From Marsupella aquatica (taxonomy: Eukaryota > Plantae > Marchantiophyta): DNA of 64,000 bases. Numbering within the stretch: the first letter of the stretch is position 1; each line of letters opens with the position of its first letter. The notes under the pieces were generated by a model. That model ran no database searches. It saw nothing but the letters and a program-made list of their open reading frames with translations, and was not told the origin of the DNA. Of the stretch, positions 11,531-24,028 are shown piece after piece. The DNA lies in the NCBI GenBank assembly GCA_973895155.1, contig OZ316893.1, forward strand, positions 7,402,963 through 7,466,962, written 5' to 3'. A program made the position numbers and the translations under genes.

Positions 11531-14173
11531 CAACGAAAAGTCTTGAAAGGGGAAGGCCAAGGCTTTTCACTTTTCTGCCCCTTAGGGTTTTAGTTCTTGG
11601 TTTGTTTTCTAGTATATTTTAGTTGAATGTTGTGCGAGACTCATTGATTTGGTGGGCCTCTTTGGTTTCTCTGGGTCGTTTCCTCTTCACTCCTTTTATT
11701 GGGTCTTTTTGCCTATGTAATCTTGTCTCCTGGTTTGGCATTCTTGTCTTTTTATTCTTGTCGTTTTGGCAGTTTGATATATTATGGTACAAGGCCCACC
11801 AATTATGGTCAATTGGCCGACTGTTGAGGTGCAGCACCGCGTGAGGCTCTTACCAGGAAGGAGCTGTAGCCTGGATCAAGGCCTGGATAGTAATGAATTA
11901 ACTAGGCCTATGAGTGAGGGGGTGGGGTCACACATGGCTGAACAGAATTACATACCTAGAATTGTTGTGAGAAAAGGTCGTTACAAACTTTAATCTCTAC
12001 AATATGGGATTGTTTGCAATGTTAGGAGTAACCCTGGCTAGTAAAATTGATAGTCTCATGGGTTATATGCTTCCCCAAAAAAACTTGCACTCTGCAACTT
12101 ACTAGACAAACAATTATTTACCTTTTTTGTGCACTCAGTGCACGTGACTTGACATTTTTCAATAGTGGAATCTTAAAGACCAGTGTAACCACACCACAAC
12201 GTTGAAACTCTTTGCCCACTTAATCACTGGCGGAACTGATAAGCCTGATTGTGTTAAATACAACTTCAGTTCCAAGCTCAACTCTTTATTTCAGCAAATG
12301 TAAACGTTAAGCTATATCTCTAGATTTTGCATCATATTGAATATATAAAATACTATGATGCAAAATCTAGAGATAAACTCAACAAAAATCCCACTCCTGG
12401 CCTAAACCTCTTTCCTATTTCTCAACCCTGATCCTCACCCCCAAAAAACATCTAGTGTGAGTCCCAAAACAAACAAACAAATCCTCTTTCCACCAATATT
12501 TACTCCTTAAAAACATACCACGACCCATCTCGTTAGACAACAACATTGACCACTGTCTGTTCGCCCCCTCTCCCAAGCAAAAGGAAAACAAGTAAAAAAA
12601 TTAAGGAATTACTTTAGAAAATAAAGTAAAGGAATGTCGTTTCCGCCACCCCCGGCCCCCTGCCCACCATCCCTATTCTCTTAGTTGAATCCCACCGGCT
12701 AAAACATGCCTTCCACCCTAAAAAAAAAGGAAAAACAATTGTTTTTTTGTTGGTCACCCTTGATCTGCCAAATACACCTCCCCGCCTTACCTTTCAACGT
12801 CTCGGCCTCACCCTCAGTACCTCACCTCTTCATCCATGCCTCGCCCATGCTGATCATGCAGTGCATGATTGAGGAATAGGCTTGACTGTGGCTGTATTAG
12901 TAAGAAAAATCCACACCCACCACGAGACACTGGATGCCTTTGTGATTTTTATCTTTGCAATTTAAGGGGCTATAATGGAGAAGGATCATGCACTTTTCAG
13001 ATTTGGGTTGGGGAATAAGTTTCAAAAACTCTATAGTTGCTGAAAACACTGAAATAGAAATCCCTAGCCTTCGGCCTCTAAGTGCAGTGGCAAGAGGCGT
13101 TGTGTGCGATAATTGCCCCATCCTCAAAATTTGAACTAAACGGCCCTCATTTCTGAAGGTGTTATGGCCCACAATGCCGTGTACAGAAGATATTATAATG
13201 TCTAAAGCATTCCAAAAACACCATCCCATTAAAAGATGTAGTCTACTACTTTCCATGTCTTGTCCCAGGAAAGGAAGGGAAGTATAAAGGAATGAAATAA
13301 ATAAAATAAATAAGCCCCCTCCTCCTCCCTCGTCCCTTTTTGTTACCCTTTGCTCTGCAGGCCATCATATTATCTCTCTTACTATATAAACAATCTCAAA
13401 GCTTCCTTCCCAAAAGGGTAAGAAGATTTGAGATGAAGCAAAAGAAAATGAAACACCGAGGGGAGAGAGACAACAAGAGAGAGGGCGAGGATTGGTTTGC
13501 TTCCAATCTATTCTTAGTACCTTTAAATTCTCTTGTATGTGGATAATGGAAGAGGGAAGAGCAAGATCACAAATTCGAGGAGAAAATAAACCTAAATGAA
13601 AAATAAATTTAAATATGAATCAGCAAGGAGATGCCCAATTGGAAAGAAAAGAAAAAAGAAAAAGAAACCAAAAGTCTGCCTCCCAATTAAAACAAAGAAT
13701 AAAATAAAGCATCCTTTAAGGAATTGCCTTCCTCCCATTTCCCCACCTCACACAAAAAGAAAAATCTTCCATTCATCAAAAAATTAAATGTGTCAACCAG
13801 AAAACTAGTAAAACCAAAAACCTCAACTCCTAACGGTGGAACCTTTTCAATCACAATTAAAGCGTGTGGCCAGAATGTGGGGAGAAGAACAAAGACCAAC
13901 TGAAGCTTTAACGACCAAAGCACCCTTCCCTGGCTTCCGCTTTCTACCCAAAATACAATCAACTTGTTACTATACATGCAAAAATAATTTATAATTTATT
14001 CTTATATGGGCATCTTTCCATTGGACGTTTTCTTGTATTCATATTCATACTAAGAATTCTATATGTTCTTCAAACTATGCATAGAGACTTGTGGCCAAAA
14101 GCTCTGGAGCCATCTTTAGGAGCCATCTTTAGGCCAGCACCACTAAACTGTGTGTCCCATTTTCATGCCGTCA

Positions 14174-14620
14174 ACTAGCCCAATGCATGTGCATTACATA
14201 AAAGACATTGAGGTGCGAAAAGATGTCGAGGTGAGAAAAAGATATAATCAATGAGAGAAATAGATGTTGAGGTGAGAAGAAGAGGTCGAGGTGAGAAAAT
14301 GATGCGAGGGCGAGAAAAGATGACAATTAGGTGACAAGAAGATGTTTGAGGTGAGGAAAAGATGTTTGAGGTGAGGAGAAAAAGTCAATAAGGGGAAAGG
14401 GAAAAAGATGTCAAGGTGGGAAAAAGATGTTAAAGAGAGAAAAGATGTTTGAGGTGAGGAGAAGAAGTCAATGAAGGAAAAGAGAAAAAAATAATGTCAA
14501 GGTGGGAAAAAGATGTTAAGGAGAGAAAAGATGTTTGATGTGAGGAGAAGAAGTCAATGAGGGGAAAAGATGTCAAGGAGTGAAAAATTTGTCAAGGAGA
14601 TCAAATATGTCATAGGTAAA
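14174..14620 (-). mobile_element. Second, inverted copy of the Helitron-like end with minisatellite
   Basis: ACTAGCCC..TGCA..AAAAGA followed by an array of AAAAGATGTCGAGGTGAGA units. This is the reverse complement of the 6420-6795 architecture. Confidence 0.5.
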
Positions 14621-17600
14621 ATATGTCATTATGCAGAAAATATCCATGTAGGAAAGATGTCGTAAAGTAAATCAAATCATAATTGTGCCAAAGGAGTTGT
14701 GGAGGAAGTCATTGAGTAAAAGAAATCTTGTGGAGGCAAAGTTAGATTTCAATTGAGCCCTATTCTCATTATGATTGTGTTCTGCTTGGGTTGGGTTGTC
14801 AGTACAATTATGTTGTGCTTTTGAAAGTTAGTTGTGTTTCACTTGGATTGTCATTACGGCCACGTGATTGTTGTGAAAGTGTTGTCATTCCAAAAGTGTC
14901 ATTGAGGTGCATGGTTGTTGGTGTGACAATAATTTCATTTTAGTCAATGTTTTTGTTGTGAAGCGATGTCATTGGGGAAGGTGAGGGGAAGGGAGGGGGC
15001 AGGGTGGGCACACAAGACTGTTAAGATCATCCCAGGCATTGTGGGATCCAGGTTGGGTTGCTCCATGCTATATGGAGAGAGAACAGTCATTATATATTTT
15101 GCCTTTTCTGCCCTAAAACGTATCCGCCCCCCCCCCCCCCCCCCCCCCCTCATCCCCTCACTCTTCCCCACCCTCCCCCATGCACTCCCTTTCTTTTCTC
15201 CCCAATCTGGCTCCCTCCATCCCTCCCTCTTTTTCTTCCCTCCAACACCATTGAAAAAGAGATTTTTTTTGGGCAGAAAAGATAACAATAACCTCCAAAA
15301 ATTGGTAAATCCCTTGAAGAGCAAAGAGCCAAAACCTTTCTGAAGTGGATCTGGTTTAATCCTCTCTCCCTCCTGGTCCGGGTCCCTGTTGGATCCCTGA
15401 GTATTGTCCCCTTGTGGCTACTGTACATAGAAATGCATGCTTCAGAGCAGGATGTCTATCCTGTGTTGGATGGGTTTGCTTTCAATTTTCAAGGCAAAAA
15501 AAAAAAAACCTTTCTGATGTGGACCACTTCCCCTTTATTCACTCCATGCCAAAAATGTCAATCGTCAATTTGTTTCTACTTGAATGCTCTATGCCAAAAA
15601 ACATTTTATGCACTATCTACACTTATCCTAGCACATGTACTATAGCTTTTGTTTCTGGTTTAATGCTTTATACTAAGAATACTGTATGCACTGTCTATCC
15701 TGGCTGTGTATCCTAGCAAGCTTGTACGTACCCTACTATAAAAGCAAAATTGGGTACCCATTTCAAGAAATAGTCTCAAATACCCCAAGACTGGGTACAA
15801 AGTGTGAGGGGGCAGATGCATGGGAGACAGGGCATGGCCAGGGAAGTTGAGTCAGGCAGGAAGGGCATGGGCATGCAAGCCTGGGTAGAGACTATGTAGG
15901 GGCATGCCTCAGGGGGCTTCTCTCCTGAGCTTTAATTACCTGCCCAAGGCCCTATGCAGGGCTTGTGAAGGGCGTTGGGGGGGTTTTTGTGCAATTTAAG
16001 AAGGGCCTGGGCCCATTGCAGGTACGCAGGCAGGAGCGAACAGAGCAAGAAGGTGTGGGCCGTGTAGGGGCATGTGAGCTTGGGCAGCCACGCAAGCTGC
16101 ACGGTGAACAAGGGGCTGTTCTCACAGGGGTTCTCGCATGCACGGGTGACGTAGCGAGCCAGGAGGGGCAACTTGCCTGGACCATTAGGTGAGGGGCAGG
16201 AAGTTACGGCCAGGGTGATAGCAAAGTGAGAAGTGAGGGTGATAGTTGCGGCTGTAGGGCGCGAACAAAGGGTCGTGGTGCTGATATAGAGCGAGGGGAG
16301 ATGGTCACGGCAAAAGTAGTGGAGGGACGAATTGTTTTGGTCATTATCCCTTTCCTTTTTTACCGTTTTATAGTTTTCCGCCCAAAATGTTGCATCATAT
16401 TCAATGATGACCACTGTAAAAATGCGCGGAACATTGTATTATAGTTCTTGATCGATGACTGTACAACGAACTTGAATCCCGGATGGACCGAGCTTAAGAA
16501 AGTTGGGTCTCTAACGGATGAGGCGCAGCTGATAGTAATGAGATAGAGCATAAGTATGTGACTGTCTACTCAATTAATGGCTCTATGGATGAGATGAGCT
16601 GATTTTTCTCCTGATTGTTCTTGTATAGGGTTAGTCTTGATCGCCTTCATGCTGCTTGATTAATCCAGACTGCAAACTACACAAACCCAACCTGAATCCT
16701 CTCACTTGAATCCTCTCAATTTCCAGCGTCGGGTACTCATGCAACAGCTGATCTTGCTGCTGTGGCTGATCTCCATTTTTGCTCAATGTCCACACTGGCC
16801 ATGTCACCATGTACTGCCTCTTGCATCTACTTAGTAATAAGTGTGTCCAGTAACCAGAATTTGTGCAGAAATTTTGCCTTGTATCCATGAAATTGAAAGT
16901 GAAACTCAAATGGAAAGGCTTTACTGAGATCAAAATCCTGGAAGTGGTGAGATGAAATCTGAGATTAATTTGGAACCTGCTCACTTTGCAATGTTATTCC
17001 AGTTCGCAGCTCATACCTTGCTCACTGCCTCTTAAGTACATCAGAGAATTTGGTTGATAGACTTGATTTAGGGGCAGGCAAATCCCTTCAAGTAGTCTTT
17101 GCGATGCTGCCCTATGAAGGGCAAAGCCTAAAACTATGCTCAGCTGTCCAACATAGTGACATTAAAAAGGGAAAAACAACGTTGTTGATTCAACTGCCCA
17201 ATACAGTGAGGATTGAAAGGCAAAAATAATGCCTTGCTGTCCAATGCAATGAGAATTGAAAAGACAAAAATGATGCCTTGTTTCCCTACATAGAAATGCA
17301 TGCTCCAGAGCAGGACATCTATCCTCTGTTGGATAGGCTTTCGATATTCGATCAAGCCTGAAACAAATGATGCCTTGCTTCCCAATGGAGTGATGGCACT
17401 GTACATTCAATTGCCAAAAGCAACCAGATTAAAACGGCTAAAGAGTAATCTTGCATGCAAAGCTGTAGAGATATTGGACAATGTAGAGTGATTCAAATCT
17501 CTCTTTCTCTTGATCTCCATTACTCTTCTCTCTTTCAATCCATACTGCATTTTAGCGTTTCAGTCAACGCCCTGGCTCTTAAGCTACTGATTGAAATCTG

Positions 17601-17719
17601 CACTAACTGACATTGAGAATGAGATGCTAACCAAAAAATAGTTGCGACAATGCAAAGGGTTAGCTGTAAGGGGCAGAAGCTTCATAGGTTCGGGACAGCA
17701 CTTCACAATGTACAACCGA

Positions 17720-18032
17720 CTAGTGGACAGAGAACTTACTGCAACCGGTCTGAACACTCGTACAGGTCACAAATCCGACAGAAGTGTAACACTTGTTACG
17801 TCAGTGAAAATTAATGTTTGGGCTTGGTTCATAGGGGTTGTCAAAGTCTACCTGGGTCAAGAGATCAATTGTAAGCTAAATCCTAAACTCTAAACCCTTT
17901 GACCCAGATAGACTTTGACAACCTCTATGGTCCAAGCCCGAACATCAATGTCGCGGACATAACACGTGTTACACTTGTGTTGGAATTGTGACCTGTAAGA
18001 GTGTTCAGACCTGTAAGTTGTCCGTCCCCTAG
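17720..18032. mobile_element. Fold-back / MITE-like inverted repeat (~310 bp)
   Basis: Left arm GGTCTGAACACTCGTACAGGTCACAAATCC...GGGGTTGTCAAAGTCTACCTGGGTCAA pairs with right arm TTGACCCAGATAGACTTTGACAACCTCT...GGAATTGTGACCTGTAAGAGTGTTCAGACC. CTAG at both outer ends. Confidence 0.8.
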
Positions 18033-18780
18033 AGAGGCTCAATTGTTGAGGTTCCAGGACACCCTACCTCCTCCCATCGAAACCTTAGGCTATTACTCAT
18101 TTTCTTTTCTATCCTTGACTTTGTGCACCTTTCTTTGTATCGTCTTGTCTTGTTTCGTTAAATGCTTGCATGGCTCGCTCTGGGCCTTTGGTGGCCATTT
18201 GTGTTCTGCGTCATTGAATTGGAAGCTTGCTTTGAGGCTATGGTTTTTAGGGATTTTTTCGGCAGTTTATACGTGCACTTGCACTCTTCGTTGGTTTGCA
18301 ATAAATTGCTCTCAGCGTTTAAAGAACACGATTCGACTTAGGATCCTCTTGGTTCGGTAATATGGAGAATATTCATACATACCAGCCGACGCATACTTTG
18401 TATCGTAAAACATTGTCAACCAAAACCAAGTGAATCAAAGATGACCTCCATTCAAAAAGTGTGGCGATCTAAACCTGAAGACCTCATCACTCACTTCCTT
18501 ACACCACTCGTAATCACAAGGGAAAACAACCGCAATCTAGAAAGTCATCTCTTAAATAGGCATTGTATAATTTACACTTGCTAGGACAATACTAATGTAC
18601 ACAAGCATCTAGAAATTGTAGATCGCTTGGCAGAGACTGGTTGTTTACAATAGTGTGAAAGATGCCATGAAGACCTGTGATATCCGTTTATGAGTAGTTT
18701 GAATCATCAAGAACATAAACATGGAAGAAACCATGGTGTGGAACGACAAATTACCAACCCATCAAACTCTAGCACCATGT

Positions 18781-21700
18781 CTAAGACTCTTCCTGTATGT
18801 CGATAGATGCAATAGCTTCAGTCACATCTTTCCGGGGCATGGGTTGAGGAACTGAATTAGTCAACTTGTGATGAATTTTCGAGAACTTCGCTTGAAGCCT
18901 TTCCAACTGTATACCAACGAGGAATAAATCAGAAATGAATTGCCAAGAAATCAGACACAGAGCAGGCGCACCCCTTCCACTCGATTACAAAAGAAAGGAT
19001 GGTAGGCTTCCGCAACTCCAAGAACTTCTCCAGAAATAACAATAAATGGTAACATTAACTGGCTCGCTATTAAATTCGGAAGTTAGGAAAGGGAAGGAAA
19101 GAGGCACTAGCCATTGGGAGGTTAATGAGATTGAACTTACCCTCCGCAGTTCGATTTCGGTGTCATATTTCTTTTGTTCAAGGTTGCGACGGGCTTGTGC
19201 AACATTGAATACATTGTCAATATCTTTAACAAATGCCGACTCCAAATCTTCTCTAAGTAAAGCTGGAAACTTGTCGACAACTGGCATCAAAAAGAAACAG
19301 TTGAACTGCACAACGCCACAACAGAAAATTAAACTCCATGAACTTTGACTTTGCCCACGACAAACGGAATAGATCCAGCTGCGGAAGGCACGACTAACGG
19401 ACAAGCATGATGTGGAGTGTTTCAAATGACTGGACCATGGTACAACCCTCCAGTCCCGAAGAGACGCATATGTGGGTGTTCAACGACTGAACATCTGTAG
19501 GCCCAAGAGCACTTGCCTTTACAAAAACACTTCTCGAAAAACATCTGTATATTACAAAATATAAAGCGCACAGAAAGAAAAAACTGACGGCATGCATTCA
19601 CGCAATCAATATGTGCACGTCTACTTGTCTAACTGTTCTGGCAACTTACTTTTAGCTCCGCCGCGGCCACAAAGTGGTCACGAATCCCTTCAAATATTTG
19701 AGCAACTAGAGCATTCACAATCTCTTCGGAGGTGGGTGCAAGTTTTCGATTCCAAAGAGTGCTCTCCAACAAATCCACCAGGCGTCCTTGTGCTGTCTGT
19801 CCACTCACAGAGGCATCGGAAGCCTTGGAAACGTCCTGAGATTGCTGACGGGCCTTTTGATTGTCTTGCTTGTTGCTGTTTCCCACAACTGCCGTAGGCT
19901 CTGAAAGAAGAGCTCCAGCACTGTTCTGTTCGCTCATCGACAAATTGTCGAGGAAAGATCTTAGAGCGGACCGATTCTGTCCATTACAAGAGAAGCTGTT
20001 AGGTCAAGACAGTAATGCAGCTGACCAGGAATCAGAAGGTCTATTTGAATTTATTTCAATGTAGGGCATACGACTGATTGGAAATAAGATCAGATGGACA
20101 AAGCATATAGCTTCAAACCATTGAGTTGCATAGATTGAGTATGCAGCTGTCCCAAATTACTTTTCTTTCAAATCTTGGAGTAGTTTCTGCACTTCGTCAA
20201 TACTTCTTGAATGCAAATAGGAAGGCACATTTCAAGCACTACCTGAGAACGAAAAGCTAATAAGTGAAGGCGATTTCCATCTCGTTGGTTGTAACACTCA
20301 CCTTATTATGTAAGGACCATGTCACATATCGAGTTGTGCTAAGAAGGTCTTCCATGCATCTGCAAATGTCGGATTGAAGTAAATAATTTGACAGGAACAA
20401 CGTCATGGGCAAACAGGAATTTCTAATAATCACAGCACACCTGAATCCGACTTGCCAAGTTGAGGACTTCGGGTAAGTGAATTACTTTTCTCGACAGTTT
20501 CTCTCTGTTGACTCGACAAACATATGGAAAGCAGTCGCCACTCGCTTCATGAACATTTCATGACCACTTAAATATTCTCTATCTTTCTGCAAACAAACAC
20601 GAGCAAGCGGATTGAATAAACGTCAGATGAATACATTGGTATTCCTCACTTTCCGGTGAACAATAAGACTTCTACATTAGTGACCTGACTAGGATCAACT
20701 CCTTCATTTATCAGCTCGAAGATTGATTAGACGTCAGAGGCATACATTGGTGTTCCTCACTTTCCGATGAACAACAAGTCTTCTACAGTAGTGTCCTGAC
20801 TTGGATCAACTTCTTCATTCATCACCTCGTAGCAAATGTCAACTTATTCAATTGGTTACCTGCAGAAGATGAAGTGCAATCGGAAGCAACCTTCGGAGGA
20901 TATGGGAAAGTCTGAAACCCAACTGCATGGCATCATGGACACGTAGCAGATGAGACTGGGATTTAATTTAAGAAGCATAAATATAGAGTGATGAGGTAGT
21001 TTATCTTGCAAAGAAAGGCGCCCGTAGGTACTGGAAGCAAACTTTCCCACATAATTTAGCGTCACAAAGCTTTTCAATAATCTACTTATTTTGACTTCCA
21101 ATTTCAGTGCCTACCGGCTACCATCCTCTAGCTATCGCTTCAGAAAATCCCTAGATATCCGACGGATTCGCCTGAGGGACCATTACGGTGGAGCTAACAT
21201 TTCCACGCAATTCAAAAATTTACTTAGAACTATTGATCATCAAAGTAACTGGACCGAACTAAAGATTGTACCCCAAATTGGGGTGAGGAGTCACAATGCC
21301 TGATCGAGATTGTCGAGGGGAAAAGAGGATCCACTTTGTTAAGAAAGTAAAGTGGCAAATTTTCAATTGTAGCAAAGTGAGACGATGAAAGTTACTTGGT
21401 CCAGAAAAGGCTCGAAAACATCTTGTGCCTTCGAAACGGCTATAACACAGGCAGTCCTGCAAAATTAGCACCTGTCATCAGGCAAGAATGAAATATTCTT
21501 TGAGGGCACAACTGAGTCGACATAACTTAGTTAGCAAGCTTGTTCAGATAAACGGGAATCTTATAGCTTGTATAAAAGTGGTGCACCTGAAGATCTGTTG
21601 AAAGGACGTAAATAGAAAGTGATTATCTCACTAGTTCAAACATTTATCCTGGGATGGCTAGAGCAAACATTAGGAAGACAGCATCATAGCGGTTACCTGA

Positions 21701-24028
21701 AATAATTTGTTCCATCATGAATATCTTCAACTCCACAAGCATTTACAATCTCTTCTCTACTGATCGCTGGGCATTTCACCCCACCCACTACAAATCTAAA
21801 CTCGGCCATAGCTCTGTGATACTGAGCACCACCATATAGACGCATTCCTGAATTAGGCATGAGCTTCTGCGATATCTGCACACCATCTATCCCCACAAAC
21901 GCTCCACCAAGGACACGCTCATCTTGCAATGTCTCCCCAAACTTATCAGGTGGAGCGACCACTGTACCCTTTAATAGCAGCGAAAGCTTGGCCAGGAATG
22001 AATCTCTAAAAGTCCGACCTCTTTCTTTGAGTTTTGCCTCATCCAGATCACTGAGGTCCTGAATGATCTGCTGCAACCTAATAGTAGCGTTCCGATACTC
22101 CCTGTCCAACATAGGCACGATTATAGGCACACTCTCCATGTACCTGTGTTGCAAAAGTTGTTCTAAGAACCATCTCAACCTACTAACACCAACACGATTA
22201 CGCTCTTCCTTTGTAAGAGTCCGATCCATTTTTTCCTCCAACATGGCAACATCCAGCGCCTCTCGCATAGCTACAGCCTCTCTGAAGGCGTCATTGGACC
22301 TATACACAGAATCTCGACTGGTGCCAACTCTTCCTGAGGGCACAGATGTAAAGAACGGGGTCTCGCCCAGAAGGAATCCGTCAAGCAACCTTTGCGGTGG
22401 TCTGAGAAAGAGTTCCACATCTGCCTGCCGTGCAAACTGGGGAATCCGAGTGTCCAATTTGGTGGACACAATAACAGTCCGTGTCAAGTCAGGGTCCATC
22501 TGCATGACGAATCTTCTAGTGGTGGCATTACTCCAGTCACTGCAATCTTCAAGGCAAAGAATTATGAACTCTCTGTGCTGCATCTTCGTGCGCACTAGAG
22601 CCTCCACTGCCCTAGCTTGTGACTGAAGTGATTGATTTTTCCGACCAGGGGCAGCAGAAATAAGCCCAGGAGTATCGATTATAGTAAGATTCGGGCAATA
22701 CTTGTACTCGATCTTCACGACTATCTCCTTCGCCCAAAATTGACATACTTCCCGCTCCAGCCTCAAATTCTCGGACTCGATATAAGCCTGACCAAAGACC
22801 ATAAACAAGATGGGTCTCAAAAACGACAACTTACCATGTGGGCTAAGGGAAAGTCACGGATGCTTCAAATTAAAGTCCCCTCATAAATTTTAAGCTATTC
22901 ATGCAGATACAACTAGCCACCGGAATTGCTGGACCCCTCACTTCTGAAAACAGTCTATAAGGTTTGGTTATTACAACAAGGTGCTTGCAATTATTTGTTA
23001 AAGACTCAGGTTCGAATCCCAAATGCTAAAAACCAGGCAGGCAGATGGCTTTCATTACAATTTTTATTGATACTCTCCAAAGTCAGGGAGTTGCTGAACA
23101 ATACCTGAAGCTCGTCTAAAGTCTTCTCCTCCTCTATGGGGGGCCTATCGTCAGAGACCAGGAAGCACCTCGGTTCGGCACATTCTGCATTGTACTTCAT
23201 GTGCAGTGTGATGGGCCTCCGAGTCTTAGTCCCTCCACCGACATGATTGAACTGGAAACCCATGAGACCCTCCACCAGGGCACTCTTACCATCCGTCTGA
23301 TGCCCAACAACGAGGATGGCCGGGGCGTCAAATGGCTTGTGGAAATCCTGAGCAAGGCCGTGGAGGTCGTTGTACGCCTCGTAGAGCTTCTCGTTGCCAG
23401 AGGCCGGATAGAGGTTGCCAGGAGAGCCAGAGAAGTGGCTCGACATGTCCTTCCCAGGATGCTGTTCCCTCTGCGGCTCTCGTGGGACTAGATTCAGAGA
23501 CTTCAATGGGGTAGAGAACGAGCCATGAGCTGTAGATGAAGACTCACTTCCAGAATTCCGATTCGAAAGGTGAGCCCGCAACGGGAAGGAGGAGTTGTCC
23601 GAATAGTCACGCCCTTGAGAAGCCCTCTGCTGCCCCAGACTGGCAGGGGAGCTGTGAGAGGGGTACAAATACGATGAGGGACCGTATGCAGAGCTGAATC
23701 CCGAGGACGTGGAGAGCTCCGGAGGTTGTTGGCTCGAATGTGGCCCAGAGAAAGCGAAGGGTCCTGCGAGGGAGGGCACATATCCACTCTCCAGCATGCC
23801 AGCGCTAATATTGTACGAGGGGGATGGTCCAGACGGTCCGTTAGCTCCTGACCAGGTTCCTCCGCCAGCTCCAGGTGCAGCTCGTGGGGATTCCGAAGCG
23901 TTGGAATGCCTGGGTGAATTTGTCTGGGAGTGAGGATGCACCGCCTGCGCTGATATCCATCTCTCTGCCGTTCCCGCCCTCGTTTCCGACGCGCCTCCAC
24001 CGCCACCTACACTCCCTGGTCCGCTCAT
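18781..24028 (-). CDS. ARC5: Dynamin-related protein 5B / ARC5 (plastid division dynamin), 9 exons
   Basis: GTPase motifs GHQTDGKS, GGGTKTRRP, DTPG and TKLD. Characteristic YEAYNDLH, RLYGGAQYHRA and FNCFFLMPVVDK. Exons (minus strand) 24028-23105, 22787-21697, 21456-21396, 20922-20860, 20586-20486, 20359-20302, 19976-19650, 19305-19141, 18906-18781, all GT-AG and frame-consistent. Confidence 0.93.
20611..20830. repeat. Intronic tandem duplication, ~110-bp unit x2, in ARC5 intron 4
   Basis: ACGTCAGA..ATACATTGGT.TTCCTCACTTTCCG.TGAACAA.AAG.CTTCTACA.TAGTG.CCTGACT.GGATCAACT occurs twice. Confidence 0.85.

Noticed and set aside
11210-11985. Possible solo LTR ending GGTCGTTACA
   Set aside because: No matching TSD or second copy found by eye.
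14944-15428. Poly-Pro/poly-Gly ORFs
   Set aside because: Artefacts of a C homopolymer in repeat DNA. The same applies to the G-runs at ~6280 and ~27840.
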